Positions 1-12,841 are shown, counted from the first letter of the stretch. The stretch is DNA of 64,000 nt from Octopus sinensis (GCF_006345805.1 NC_042999.1:83762001-83826000), one strand, 5' to 3'. Program-made: numbers and translations. Notes: a model not told the origin generated them from the sequence alone.

Positions 1-452
1 GGCTACAGCAAGTATTCTGTTCAATACCACAGATTTACTTGTCAGTTGCTTGATCTTAACCACTTAAGCATGTCACTTTAGTGGCTGACGATATGTGCAG
101 GGCAGAAGTAGTGGGCGAGCATCATAGCCATGTGTTGAGAACAGTTCTTTGGGATTTGAATAATTCACCTCTGGAGAGATGGGTGTTTCATTCAACATCC
201 TTAAACAAGCCTTATTTACGGACCTTTTGAGTGAGTTAGGCTACTCGACCTCAAAAAAATTTTAATTGGGCCCCACCTGCAAGGTCATGCAGTATTTACC
301 ATGATATGAAATTTACATGTAGCGCACATATGGTTATGATACATGTGCGTGGTGTACTCTTATCAGACGGGTAGTCATGATGGGTATATTAGGCTTCGTA
401 TATTTGCACCCCAATGTCACTTTGATGGCATAAACTGCTATTTCACTCAATA
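1..452 (+). mobile_element. Interspersed repeat family A (probable 3' end of a non-LTR element), copy 1, ending in AAT repeats
   Basis: ~100-450 aligns by eye with 964-1312 (gcagaagtagtg...tatcagacgggtag...ccccagtgtcac...ctcactcaataa). Both copies run into AAT-rich sequence. Confidence 0.7.
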
Positions 453-480
453 ATAAAAATGAAATAATAATAATTCAAAA

Positions 481-682
481 TTTGGCAAAAGGTTAGCAGT
501 TTAGGGGTGGGGTTAAGTCGATTATATCAACCCCAGTGTTCAACTGGTAGTTATTTTATCGGCCCATAAAAGATAAAAGACAAAGCGACATCAGCGGAAT
601 ATGAACTCAGAACGTAAAGACGAACGAAATGCCGTTAAGCCTTTCGCTCGGTATGCTAGTGATTCTGCCAGCTCGCTGCCTC
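481..682 (-). mobile_element. tRNA-derived SINE family B
   Basis: Minus strand has a head like aggcagcgagctggcagaatcactagc (A-box) and gagttcatattcc (B-box), plus the family core ctttcatcctttcggggtcgataaa seen in many copies in the window. Confidence 0.85.
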
Positions 683-733
683 AGTAATAATAACAACAAC
701 AGCAACAACAGCAATAATAACATTAATAATAAT

Positions 734-953
734 AATCCTTTCTACTATAGGTACAAGACTTTGATGTTTGTGGGTAGGGAGACAATCGATCACATCGACC
801 CCAGTATTTGACTGGTACTTAATTTATCGACCCACGAAAGAATGAATGACAAAGTCGACCTCGGCAGAATTTGAACTCAGATCCTAGTTACAAACGGAAT
901 ACTGCTAAGCATTTCACCGGCCGTGCTAACGATTCTGTCAGTTCACCAACTTC
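734..953 (-). mobile_element. tRNA-derived SINE family B
   Basis: Same head and core (aaagtcgacctcggcagaatttgaactcag on +) with the aatcctttctactatagg tail. Confidence 0.85.
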
Positions 954-963
954 TTAATAACGA

Positions 964-1312
964 GCAGAAGTAGTGAGGGAGCATCATAGTCGTGTGTTGA
1001 AAGGAATTCTTAGAGATTTGGATAATTCACCTTTGTCAACATGGGTGGTTCGTTCAACATCCTTAAACAATCCTTATTCAGGGACCTTCTGAGCGGGATG
1101 GGCTACTCGACTAGAAGAAAATTCTAACTGGGCCCACCTGCAAGGTCATGCACTGTTTATCTTGACATGAGATCACCATGTCACGTGCATTTGGTTGTGA
1201 TGCATGTGCCTGGTGTAACCTTATCAGACGGGTAGACATGATGGGTATACTGGGCTTCGTATATTTTACCCCAGTGTCACCTTGATGGCATGCACTGCTC
1301 TCTCACTCAATA
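964..1312 (+). mobile_element. Interspersed repeat family A, copy 2
   Basis: Homologous to ~100-450; followed directly by a long (AAT)n tract. Confidence 0.7.
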
Positions 1313-1319
1313 AAATATT

Positions 1320-1323
1320 AATG

Positions 1324-1381
<58 letters not shown>

Positions 1382-1413
1382 TAATAATAATCGTAATAAT
1401 AATAATTATAATA
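1320..1413 (+). repeat. (AAT)n microsatellite
   Basis: Direct inspection. Confidence 0.95.
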
Positions 1414-1750
1414 ATGATAGCAAAAGGGGCTGATTGCTACCTAACTCAGATACCAGGAAACCCCAAAATGGCAGAAATTCAAAAGATAGTGCTCATGGGA
1501 ACTGCTTATATCCTACGCAAAATACTTTCTACAACAAACATTTAAAACAAACTTTAAAACAAACATTTTTTTTTTTTCATCTTTAATTTTTTAATTTTTT
1601 TTTAGACATCCACTAGTAGAACACAAAAACCAACCAAATATATGGCACACTAGGCATAACAACAACGTGAACTTCCAACCTGTTGTCTCTTGAGGTCTCC
1701 GGGTGAGACTTGGAGCCAACTTGTACAAATATAAAGCAAAAGTCAAACAT
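1414..1750 (+). mobile_element. 5'-truncated R4/Dong-like RLE retrotransposon, C-terminus plus 3'UTR
   Basis: Encodes MIAKGADCYLTQIPGNPKMAEIQKIVLMGTAYILRKILS, matching the typical R4-clade ORF end (GALG.I.K...IP....EIQK..L.GTA.ILRK.L); abuts (TAA)n. Confidence 0.75.
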
Positions 1751-2261
1751 TCGCTGTCGGTACGGTAGCACAGAAATGCCCGCCAATTGCTTGACTCTCG
1801 GGATATACTGAATGTCGGGTATTATTACTTTCAGCACCCCTTCTACGTCTAACTGATTAACTGTCTCCGGCTATTTTGTGTTTTTTGAAATACAATTATA
1901 TATTACAGTTTTTGTGTATTTATGCCATCATCTCGAGCTGGGGGGATGTCTATGGCATCCCATAATATTTCAAGCTTGACTAGTTTGGCCGCTTGGGCCA
2001 GACGTATATCTTTCTTTAGGATATCCATCTTATACAGTTCACTGCTGTTTAACAGCCGTTGCTTCGACTGTACTACAGTTGCCATTGTTGGAAATGTTGG
2101 AAATGTTGCTATTTGTGTTGCCAAGGCTGCTATTCTTTTAATTTTCCCCTTCTGTCATAATATTTGTTGATACAGTGGTCGTGGTGGTGGTGATAGAGTT
2201 GGTAGTGACTATGTTTGTGGTCATGTTGTCACTGCCGTTTGGTGTTTGTGGTATTTCCACT

Positions 2262-2545
2262 GGATCTTTTCCTTTTGATGGACGGAGTTTTCTAGTTAAC
2301 TAAACAATTTGAAACTTCGTATACTTGTAGAATGTGTCAAAAGAAAACATTATTGTAAACAAAATTGAAAACAAATTCTAATTTGTAAGTTTAACGTAGT
2401 TTAATTCTTGGAATATTAACCAATAAAATCCCAACATCTTCGAAATTTAACCAATGAAATCCGAGCATTTGAGCTCAAATCAGTTGCTGCGTTATCGATA
2501 TTGATAAAGAAACATAGCAGACGCATGCCGCACACACACACACAC

Positions 2546-2610
<65 letters not shown>

Positions 2611-3511
2611 TCAGATAAATACACACGTACAATTGCACACACACGCACACATATTCAGATACATACACACGAACACTTGCACACACACACACTCTCTCTG
2701 TCACTCTCTCTCTCTCTCTCTCAAACACATGCATATACATTTGCACAAGCACATAGTAATTAATATATAAGCGTACACACACATACAAACGGACATATAC
2801 ATGCACACACATACGCACACAAGCATACATACACGTTCGTGAGTTGCCCCTTGCCGCAACAAATTTACACAAAAGGTAAATAAACCAGAAGGGGGGGGGT
2901 CAATGTTTCATCGTTTCGGGGTCGATAAATTAAGTACCAATTACGCACTTGTGTCGAGGATTTTTTCCCAATTTATATCACAGCTTCCGACAAGCTGGGG
3001 CATCCTTTTCTGAAAAAATACTTCGCAAATTTTTACAATACGACTCACACTCCACGCGCAAACTCTAGACCGCTTTAGGCATATTATTGTTTTGTTTTTG
3101 TTGTTTCTGGCCCTTCAAAACCATGGGAGAAGCCTTTTCGGTAAAAAAAAAAGAAAGAAAATATTCAAAAAATATCGTTAATACTTTTATTGGGCGACAA
3201 AATTCATCGATTTAAGAGATATAGCTGTTATTTCTAGCACATGCAGAAGACAGAAGACAGAAGACAGAAGTGAGAAAGGATGAATAAGACGTGTGTGTGT
3301 GAGTTTTTAGACGCAGCAAATGATTTGAGCTCAAATGCTGCGATTTCATTGGTTAAAATTCGTAGAATTAAACTACGTTAAACTTACAAATTACAATTTT
3401 GTTTTCAATTTTGTTTACAATAATGTTTTCTTTTGACACATTCTACAAGTATACGAAGTTTCAAATTGTTTAGTTAACTAGAAAATTCCGTCCATCAAAA
3501 GTAAAAGATCC
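2262..3511. mobile_element. Non-autonomous DNA transposon with ~200-230 bp TIRs and 8-bp TSD (Merlin-like termini)
   Basis: 2262-2492 is the reverse complement of 3311-3511 (ggatctttt[c/a]cttttgatggacgga[g/a]ttttc...). TTTCCACT is duplicated at 2254-2261 and 3512-3519; termini are GG...CC. Confidence 0.85.
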
Positions 3512-4189
3512 TTTCCACTTTAATTGGAGGTAAAGTCAATTTCATAATTGGAATTTGTATTGTATTATCGTTGCTGTTGCTGCCGTTGTTGTTGTAGTTA
3601 AGCAACAAGGCAGGTAAGGATGATTAGGTGATCGTCTAGGGCTTAAGGGCGGGAGACCCCAAACCTTGGTCATCTTGTTGTAGTCGAGTGCTCTTCGTTG
3701 ACGCCCGACACCACTGGGAGGTGGCCCTCGAAGTCGCTGGAAATGGAGATCTCCAGGTCCAAATTCTTGAACGGCTGCTGTTGCTGCTGCTGTTAGCCGT
3801 CATAATAGCAGCGTGGTTCACAAGACGCTCAACTTGATACGTGTTCAGCTCCCCTTCCATTTGAGGGTTGAAAGTGGAGGACTCTGACGTACGTACTTAC
3901 TCATTATCATACCTACCTCCGATATCCTTTTCTATGTCTCTGCTCAAGGTGGTCTTCACTATGCTTCTTTTTACGATTATTTTTTCCCTAAACGAAATGA
4001 AAATTTTCATCTTGAATTTGAGCAACCAAAACGGAAGAAACATGCAAGCCAAGCAGACCTAAGCAATGCTGGTGGTTTCAAAAAGCGTTTTGTAACAAAA
4101 TTAAGCTATTAACAACTTTTAGAGACACAAATATAACGATAAACATACAAACGATACGACACGCGACAAGCCAGTGCGAATAATAATAA

Positions 4190-4316
4190 TAATCCTTTCT
4201 ACTAAAGACATAAGGCCTGAAATTTGTGGGGAGGGGCCTACAGAATTTCATCGACCCCAGTGTTTCACTGCCGCTTGATTTATTGCTCCCCGAAAAGATG
4301 AAAGGCAAAGTCGCCC
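4190..4316 (-). mobile_element. SINE family B fragment (tail and core)
   Basis: aatcctttctact...atcgaccccagtg...gatgaaaggcaaagtcg. Confidence 0.75.
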
Positions 4317-5793
4317 CTCCTCTTCCAATGGGTACTCAGTGCTGCTGAAATCATTCACACGATACCATGGCCATTTAACAGCCCCTTCCCCAAAATATAT
4401 TAGCCTTTTCTATTACTTTCTATGTTTGCTAAAACTTTGAGATGTTTATAGACTTTTATATCTTAAATACGATGGGATTTTTGATATATTCCTTCATCGT
4501 AAATACGATGGGGTGTTTATAGATAGACTACTATAACTTTTGAAAACTGTGAGATGTTGTTTATAAATTTCTATATCATAGCTATGCTAGTCCCAACCTG
4601 TCGATGCTCCTCTCAAATTCCTGTCGGAATTTACATACCATGGACAAGAAGCCCCTTTACCCATTCCATACAGCACATCCCTTGGATAATGGAACTGCAA
4701 ATGTAACATCCAACATATATTTTTATTTTTATTCTCATATTTCCCTTTATACTTCCTGTATCCCTCCATTTCCAAAGTAACTTCTTGCATTAAAATCTAC
4801 TATTTCCTTCTATTTAACTCTCTCATATCCTTTATACCTCCGAAACAGCCGTAAGACTACCTTTCTTTTTGTAAATGTCCTAAAAATTTCACACTTCCTT
4901 GGCTCATTTGTTGTCGCATTTTTATTTAACACACACACACACACACATGTATATATACACGTTCAACAGTTTTTGCGCTGTAGGGAAAGTCACTACTGTT
5001 TTCTGTAATAGCATCAGCCGTGCTCAAGTCTTATGAGTGGATTCTAGTAGACGAAGTGAACAGATTAGTTTTGTCACATCGTGAAAGACTAAGTCTGACA
5101 TTGTATTATGTTTAAAAATTACTCAGCCATCTGAACCTGTAAGCTATGTTGTTTTTAATTTAACCTCAGGCAGACTCTGATCAGCATGTTGTTTCAATAA
5201 AGATATTCCAGCGGTGAAGATAACATATTATTCGACCTTGAATTAGTGTAATGTATCTCGAAATGTGTCCGTCCTCTTTTGTACGACGCATCTAAGATTG
5301 GAATGAAATTTGGCTGATATTTTTAACAGGTGAAGTTGCCATACACAATTTTCTAAATTGCCTCAAATTACATCAGACGACGATGACTGGGCAGTTCCGC
5401 CGATCGAACAACCAAACCTGTTTACATCGAAATTTACGCGAGATGTATGAAATAAGTGGTATGAAATACAATTCTGCAGACAGTTAGACTATAGTTTTGA
5501 GCATTTCTTATATTCTTAGAGTTATTTTAGCAAAACAAGCAGAGAACTGCGTTAACCTCGTCAGTAGAACTTTCACCCAATTACCAGCTAATTGATTTAG
5601 ATAGTCTATGTCTAATCTATGTCTGAAAACTGTCCTCAGTAATTACTAATCTTTTCAGTTTCTTTGAAGAAGTCTTTACAGATTATAATGTTCTTTCAAA
5701 GTCTTCAACCTCTGCTTCTATTCTTGCTAAACAAAAATTCCTATAGACACGACTATCTATTTAAAAGTATGTAAATTTATATATATTTGTGTT

Positions 5794-5799
<6 letters not shown>

Positions 5800-5837
<38 letters not shown>

Positions 5838-5852
5838 TATATATATATATGC

Positions 5853-5907
<55 letters not shown>

Positions 5908-6050
5908 CATATATCTATACATATATATATGTATGTATGTATATATGTATATATGTATATATATATGTGTGTATATATGAATATATATATATATATATAT
6001 GCTTATATATATATATATATAAGCTTATATATATATGTATGCTTATATGT
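5800..6050. repeat. Degenerate (TA)n microsatellite
   Basis: Direct inspection; source of the IYIY ORFs. Confidence 0.95.
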
Positions 6051-6412
6051 ATGCATATTTATGTATACTTGTTAATGTATGAGCGTATGCTTTTATGTAT
6101 GTATATATGCGTAGAGATTTCTATGTAAGTACGTTTCTATGTATGAACGTTCTAGAGTTCTTTAGTTTGTTTTACCTATCAGGGCTGACGTCATGCTGAT
6201 GAATGTACATATAGGTATGTGTTTATGTATAAGTGTGTCTCTGTATGCCTGCGCACATGTGCGTATCTACTATTAGGCACGCACATACTCAATTAACTCG
6301 CCAGCACAGGTTGTAGTTACTTATGTAGGCAATTACAAGAAGCTTTAATAAATAGAAAAAAAAATTGATAGTGAAAATAAAACTGAGATGAAGTAAATAA
6401 ATAATATTAAAA

Positions 6413-6413
<1 letters not shown>

Positions 6414-6447
<34 letters not shown>

Positions 6448-6452
6448 TATTA

Positions 6453-6483
<31 letters not shown>

Positions 6484-6521
6484 TATTATTATCATCATTA
6501 TTATCATTATTATTATTATCA

Positions 6522-6562
<41 letters not shown>

Positions 6563-6574
6563 ATTATTATTATT

Positions 6575-6631
<57 letters not shown>
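6414..6631. repeat. Compound microsatellite (AAT)n-(ATT/ATC)n-(AG)n
   Basis: AAT 6414-6447, ATT 6448-6574, AG 6578-6631. Confidence 0.95.
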
Positions 6632-6634
<3 letters not shown>

Positions 6635-7399
6635 AAGACGAAAGAAAGTAAGATCTACGTCCAAATCACCTGAAGCAGTGTCAACAGACATCGTGAACTT
6701 TTCAAAAACTCATTGTCTGCTCACTGAAAATATGATAATTTAATCAAGAATTTTTTTTTCTCTAATCGCAAAATAGAAAGACAGAACTACGAGAAACGCA
6801 TCAGTTAAAAAGAGGGGTCCAAAAACAGCCTCTAGCGAATAACAGTAGGAAGCAAATTGTAAATCACTGTTATATTTCTTTAAGCTTTTCATCAGGAGAT
6901 GAAACTATAAAGAAAAATCATGAAAACAAGAAGAAACGGGAAGGGAGGAAATCAATAGCGCATAACGAACCTGAAAACTAGACTGATGTGTGTATTTGTT
7001 GTTTATTGAGGCGAGAAATTTAATCTGAGGCTTATCAATACTAGTTTATTTTGCTTTTTAACCTTACATTCTTTTTGTTTTCTTCACTTTCTTTTCCTTC
7101 TTTCTTTCTTTCTTTCTTTCTATTTTTCATTTATTCTGCGTCTGTGGACATTAACCTATATTTACATATTTAACTATTTTAGCGTGCGCCGTAGAAGAAA
7201 GTAGAAAATCTTGTGAAGTGTCAAGTTTGTGGTTCGATCTCGATTACCGCCCGTATAATTTCCTCACATTATCATATTTCCTAAATACTTTTCCGTTCCT
7301 CAGTCTTGCACAAAAATAGGACTTCTGTGTCATGTGAAAAGACATATATGCTTTTAATACATTTTTGCAGCATTTTATCAGCATGCGTTGCAGAGTCCA

Positions 7400-7597
7400 A
7401 AGAATCTGGGTTGCGGATCCGTGGAATAAGCTGCCGGACGAGATAGTGAAGATGCCGACGACCGCTCGGTTCAAAGTCTCTCTTTACCAGAAATGGCCTG
7501 AACTCTTTGTATGACCACCCTCCCAGTACATAACTCCCTGTCCCCCTACATGTCCTTGCTTTTGCGTTTTGAGCCAATAAAAATTGAATTGAATTGA
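7400..7597 (+). mobile_element. 5'-truncated CR1-group LINE 3' end
   Basis: 7410-7514 encodes VADPWNKLPDEIVKMPTTARFKVSLYQKWPELFV*, like the CR1 ORF2 C-terminal WN.LP...V......FK..L motif; followed by a short UTR and an (AATTG)3 tail. Confidence 0.8.
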
Positions 7598-8155
7598 GGT
7601 GGTCTGCATCAGAAAGACTTGTAATATTCTGAAAAATCAACAGGAAAAGTACAGCGAAAATAGCGTAAGGAGAAGTGTATAGAATGTTTCAGACTGAGTC
7701 ATTATTCAAAATAAAAACAGCAGAAAGAAAATAGAAAAGAATTTGAAGAATTAGCTGCGACTGTCGAAAACGCAAGGCAGCGTGTGCGCCATAAATAGAA
7801 AAACTTGATTAGAACGGGAGAAGGTAAGAGAAATGAAAATAGGAAAAGGGAGTCGGAAGATGGTGAGGTGGTGGGAAAATTTGAAGTGGGGAGCTGAAGG
7901 ACAAGTAAGAAGAGGAGTAGAAGAAAAAAGAATGCTCATTTAAACTCGTCGGTGACGCTGTTCCTATTTTGAGTATTAACATTGGACCTTCTTTTTTTAA
8001 CCTTGTATTTTTTCTCCCTGTCTTATTTTCCTAGCACTGCACATTATAGAGAATAAGAAATGAGCTATTTTTAGCAGACTGAGTGACTGCAAAAGGATTT
8101 CTCCATTAAACTGCAGCAGCACAGTTTAATATAACTTTCAATTATGGGATACAAA

Positions 8156-8985
8156 GTATATTCCAGAAGTTTTGAGACTTTGGTAGGAGAAACATTTATT
8201 AATTTCAAACATCTCTACAAAACTCTAGTTTCCTAGAAAATAGGATCCTTTGACTTTGATGAACTTGTCATAGCACACCAGCCACTTTGTGAAGACTCCG
8301 TGGAAGTCCTTCAAAGTGAAGGTGTCCAGGACTCTTGTCATAACCTCATCCATCCTCTCCTTCAGCTTGGGGGAATAACCAAATGTCAATGAGCAAGGTC
8401 AGAGCAGTCGGAAGGATGAGGGACAGTTTCGATGTCCATCTCTGCCAAATAGATGTGGCTACCTGGAAGTTGCTATGGCCTTTTGCGACGAAATCTTTTC
8501 CTGAACTGACTCAAAACCTCCACAAGTAATTGTTGTTGACCGTCTAACCGGAGGGTTTCAGTTGATGTAGATGATGCCCTTCCTGTCAAAGAAAGGGGGT
8601 CATGATAAGCTTTCCGGTGTACTTCTTTTACCTGACTAGTGGTGTAAGTGAAAAACATACCAACATTCATACATGTTAATCTGAAAGATGTTTGGAGCAT
8701 GTCATATGTTTCTATAACGTTTTTACCAGATTTAACACAAACCTTTATTACATAGCGAGTTTCTAAGTTGTCTCCTTGAGTCGACTGCATTTTTCAAACT
8801 AGTCAGCTGTGACAACCTGTATTAAGTAGGGTATGTTCAAAGTGTTGTTTCAGCGATCGTCTTCGATCTAAAGTAGCAAAACATTGTCAAGTAAGCTTAT
8901 TAAATGTATAGTAGTGATATACAAAATTACAATAATGTAAAACAGTGCCTCACCTAAAAGAGTCTCAAAACATCTGGCACTTTAA
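8156..8985 (-). mobile_element. Internally deleted mariner transposon
   Basis: N-terminal HTH-like ETRYVIKVCVKSGKNVIETYDMLQTSF (8473-8790 ORF) and a degenerate C-terminal region (IETVPHPSDCSDL, cf. TVPHPPYSPDL). Imperfect TIRs at 8161-8187 and 8953-8979 (22/27 match). Confidence 0.8.
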
Positions 8986-9981
8986 AACTGGTGTCATTTC
9001 ACAATCCTAGACTAAGATTCTTACAGAGATGGAAACTGGGTGAGTGAAGTTACGATTTATGAGAGAGGAGTATATCTCAACTAGTAAAAGCGTTGAAAAA
9101 TGTAAGGAAAGAAACGGAGAATGTAAAGTACAAACAACATATTACAATGTAACAGTAAAGGCAGAAAATTTTAGATAAGAAATAGAGAATGCTTTTACAC
9201 ATCCACTCTTTCTAAATCTCTACTTGTACATGAAACCACCAGCAAAAAATGACTATGCATTCAAGCAAAGCAGTGTAAAGTAATCAATATTTGAATTTGA
9301 TGTCTCAGATATGGTTACAGGAGAAAAGAAGTTGGATCGCGAAAGTAAGTATGAATAAAATCAAAGCTGAAATGATGGATTGAAAGAAATAAAAGATAAT
9401 GAAGGGCTTTGGTTGACAGTTCTTAGTTGATTTAGTACCTTAGAGATCAGATCCACTGTAGGGAATCCACAGGAACGACACAGTTGATCTTTTCAATATT
9501 ATTGTTTTCATGAATAAGCAGAAAGCTGTATATTTGTAGGAAACAGGAAACAAAATTCATGCTTCTTCCGGAGAACATTACTAGCGAAATTAACTGGGAA
9601 TTACATGTTTGCTCGACAGTATTCGCTAAGTTGAAACAATGTTGAAATCATCCTATCAGATCAAGCGTTTTTATATTACGCTTTCTGTCTGTGTCAACTT
9701 TGAAGTAAGTAAAGACACACTGATCTGTATGCATCAGAAAATATAAGTTGCGATCTAATTGTATAGTTGAATCCTGACATTTGTACAAGGCTGCACATTT
9801 ATTACGAAATTTAAGCCAATACTTGACAGATACTTAAAATATTGATTCTCGAAAGCATAAACAGCAAAACTGAGATAAACTGAACAAAATGCTGATATAC
9901 TCTACTATGTTTGCCGCTTCATTTCGCTCCAATACACACACATATACGTATTAAATGAATATATATGTGTGTGTGTGTCTG

Positions 9982-10026
<45 letters not shown>

Positions 10027-10059
10027 AAATCGAATATATTAAAAGTTGGACAAACAATC

Positions 10060-10215
10060 GAAAATTAAAAATAGCAATAACAAAACAAGAGGACGTATGC
10101 ATGGAATGTATTGGTTTAGCGCTCAGGAAAGGTGGAAGAAAGAATAGGTTTTTAACGTTTTGAGTATAGCTCTTCGTCAGAAAGGAAAACGGAAAAGTCC
10201 AGAGAAGGAAAAATT
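10060..10215 (-). mobile_element. Penelope-type short repeat with minimal hammerhead-like motif (family H), copy 1
   Basis: Homologous to 26350-26510 and 42223-42410; motif cttt-CTGACGA-A-GAG-ctata-CTC-AAAAC-GTT-aaa at 10151-10184. Confidence 0.6.
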
Positions 10216-11398
10216 TTACGGCAGCACGTGTCGGAGTTGCTATGTGTTTGTTATTAATAGGGTTAAAAACCTTCCTCAACTTACAGACTACAGTTTTAAA
10301 ATATGTGCAGCTCATTGGACAATATAGTTCAGGATATGCATTAGTTTACAGAAAGACAGGAGTCTCGTTTCTGGAACAATCTTCATCATAGATCCTTACT
10401 CAGCCATACATAGCTGACAAATCTCATCTATTTCGGCTTATAATGGTAAGGTTTCGGCGTATTGAGATTAAATACCAAGCGTATAATAACAATAGCTCAA
10501 TTCAGTTATTCCATTCCGATGCGATCTACCTTGTGATCATTTAAGGAAAAAATCTAGTACTTGATGTTGCACTTCTGATGTCATCGTTTATTTTAGTTCT
10601 ATAATTAGAGGTCTTTCAGTCTTAAACAACCCCTCTTTATTTTTCTTTTCAGATATAGCGTACTATTTGGCAATACCTTATTCAAATTGTCTTTCTGTTT
10701 CAAGATAGTGAGGTAACACTCGAAAGATTGGAGTGGAGGGTTATTTTAGTTTGATGAATGTCCCTCCCTCCCCAACCCGCTATAGAACCTGGCTTGCCAG
10801 AAGAACAGTTCACTACTCCAGACAGCGGGAACAGTTTCAATTTGTTGAATGACTCTTATAACGAACTCAGATCATTGTGGGAGAAAAGCCATCCGTGAAT
10901 TACCCAGCATCCTATTGAAGGATTTAGCTTTATGAAAACTGGAAATAAGAATCAGCTCTCATGAATTCTTATAGATACAATAACGATCAGCAAATTTAGT
11001 TTTACATCATATGTATTTTGTGTGTAGTTTACTATATTTCACATAAATACAATTAACAAATATGTTCTCTACCAACTCACAAACCATTGTAAGAAACGAG
11101 AGCAATCTCAACAAGACATTCTGTTGATCAAATCAATTCGTGTCTCTACATAAGAAGACAAGATATCTCAGGCCTGCTGGCATTAATTATTATAAATAAA
11201 AGTTAAACAAATTTCTATAATTTTCTGATAATCCAATTTGCCAAATGTGTGAAATACGAAATAGCAAAGTTTTGGAACTATTTCAATGAAGATTGTGTAT
11301 AATGTTTAAAAGCAGGATTTTACAGTGTGACAAAGGTGGTAAAGCTGAATTTCTAAGTCATAGTCGACCTTCACTTGTAAATATATTATATAAATACA

Positions 11399-11713
11399 TT
11401 CTTTTACTCCTTTCAGTCATTTGCCTGCGGCCATGGTGGACCATCGCCTTAAAGGGTTTTCGTCGAACAAATCGACACCCTAGGACTTATTCCTTGTAAA
11501 CCTAGTACTTATTCTATCGGGTTCGTTTGCCGAACCGCTAGGTAACAGGTATATAAATACACCGGTATTGGTTGTCAGGCGATGGTGGTGGTGGTGGTGG
11601 TGGGGCAAACACAGACACACACACGTAAATATATATATGCATATATGTACAACGGGCTCCTTTCAGCTTCCGTCAACCAAATCTACTCACAAGGCTTGGG
11701 TCGGCCCTGTATA
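11399..11713 (-). mobile_element. tRNA-derived SINE family C, 5' part replaced by a Tc1 fragment
   Basis: Tail cttttactcctttcagtcatttgcctgcggccatgg and core caaatctactcacaaggcttgggtcgg match full-length copies. Confidence 0.85.
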
Positions 11714-12015
11714 GCAGGATTTCATGGGAGGGCTGCAATCAGAAAACCACTACATTCAAAAGCAAAGGTTGCAAAGCATTTAGAGTGGAGTAAAAACCTA
11801 CAGAATTGGTCCCTAGAGCAATGGAAGACTGTTATTTTCTCGAACGAGTCATACTCTACTTATTTCCGACCACCGGCCGAATATACGAGTGGAGACAGCC
11901 AACAGAAACATTTGACCCAGACTGCCTCCTTGCAACTGTTAAACATGGAGGAGGATTTGTGATGATCTGGGGATCTACATCTTAGAAATTCGCTGGACCA
12001 ATGGTTTCCCTTTTG
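11714..12015 (+). pseudogene. Tc1-like transposase fragment
   Basis: GFHGRAAIRKPL...LEWSK...WSLEQWKTVIFSNES, then frameshifted TGRIYEWRQP...TVKHGGGFVMIWG; these are Tc1 signature motifs (FSDES, VKHGGG.VM.WG). Confidence 0.85.
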
Positions 12016-12042
12016 TCGAAGTTTATGAATTCTCATGACTCA

Positions 12043-12076
<34 letters not shown>

Positions 12077-12841
12077 TATATATAATATATATATATATAT
12101 AAACATGTACGTGTGTGTTTATGGTTGCATAATTGTAGTTATAGTCATATATTTTAATATAGATTCGTCTACAGTTGATAGTGATAGGTTAATATATTGA
12201 ATGCCTTTTAGTATTCATCAAAATAAAACAGCAGGACACTGCCAATGAAAACGAAAAACTGTTAATAAATAAATAAACAAAGAGCAAACAAAGAAAGGAA
12301 AACACAGACTGTTAAAAACTTTTATCACAACTGACAACCGAGCGTGTTTCCACTGTGAAATGAACGACCAGAAATGATTATTGATCGTAATGAACGCTCT
12401 GATTTGATAATTCAGTTTGATGGTAACAACTGAAATTCATTGGAGTGGAAATGATAGAGTGTTGTAGTGTTAGTTATGGTGGTGTTATAAGTAGCATTGA
12501 TAGGAGATGGGCTTGATTAGTTGCTGTATAGCCCTAGCTTAACACCGATCGAGCAGGTCTGTAATAGTAGTAAAAAGAAGCGATCCAGCTGTGACGGTCT
12601 TTCTATTTTCTCTGTATATCCATGACCACATTATGCAATGTTTGATTTCATTTTAGAAAGATATTAGAAGAGATGTAAGGTAGACTAGACTGTTATTTTA
12701 GTAGGTGAAGCACTTGCGTAGAGGTTTCTTCTTTATTTTTATTTGGACTCCCTTTTCAGATGCAGGGGTTCTCATTCGTTTTGATTTTGTAATATACTGG
12801 GGGTGAGACAAGGACTCCTGGTGTATTTTGAACGTTATATA

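Noticed and set aside
8990-9900. Repeat-free purine-rich stretch reading like a decayed protein (HPLFLNLY, LDRE, SFQYYCFHE; vaguely NACHT- or cadherin-like) with possible exons 9027-9039 and 9309-9344
   Set aside because: About 13 stops in ~233 codons is close to chance for AT-rich DNA, acceptors are weak and no motif is specific; needs RNA-seq or an HMM search.
10652-10712. Candidate internal exon (ttttcttttcag ... gag/gtaac)
   Set aside because: Good acceptor but weak donor, no recognisable peptide and no compatible neighbouring exons.
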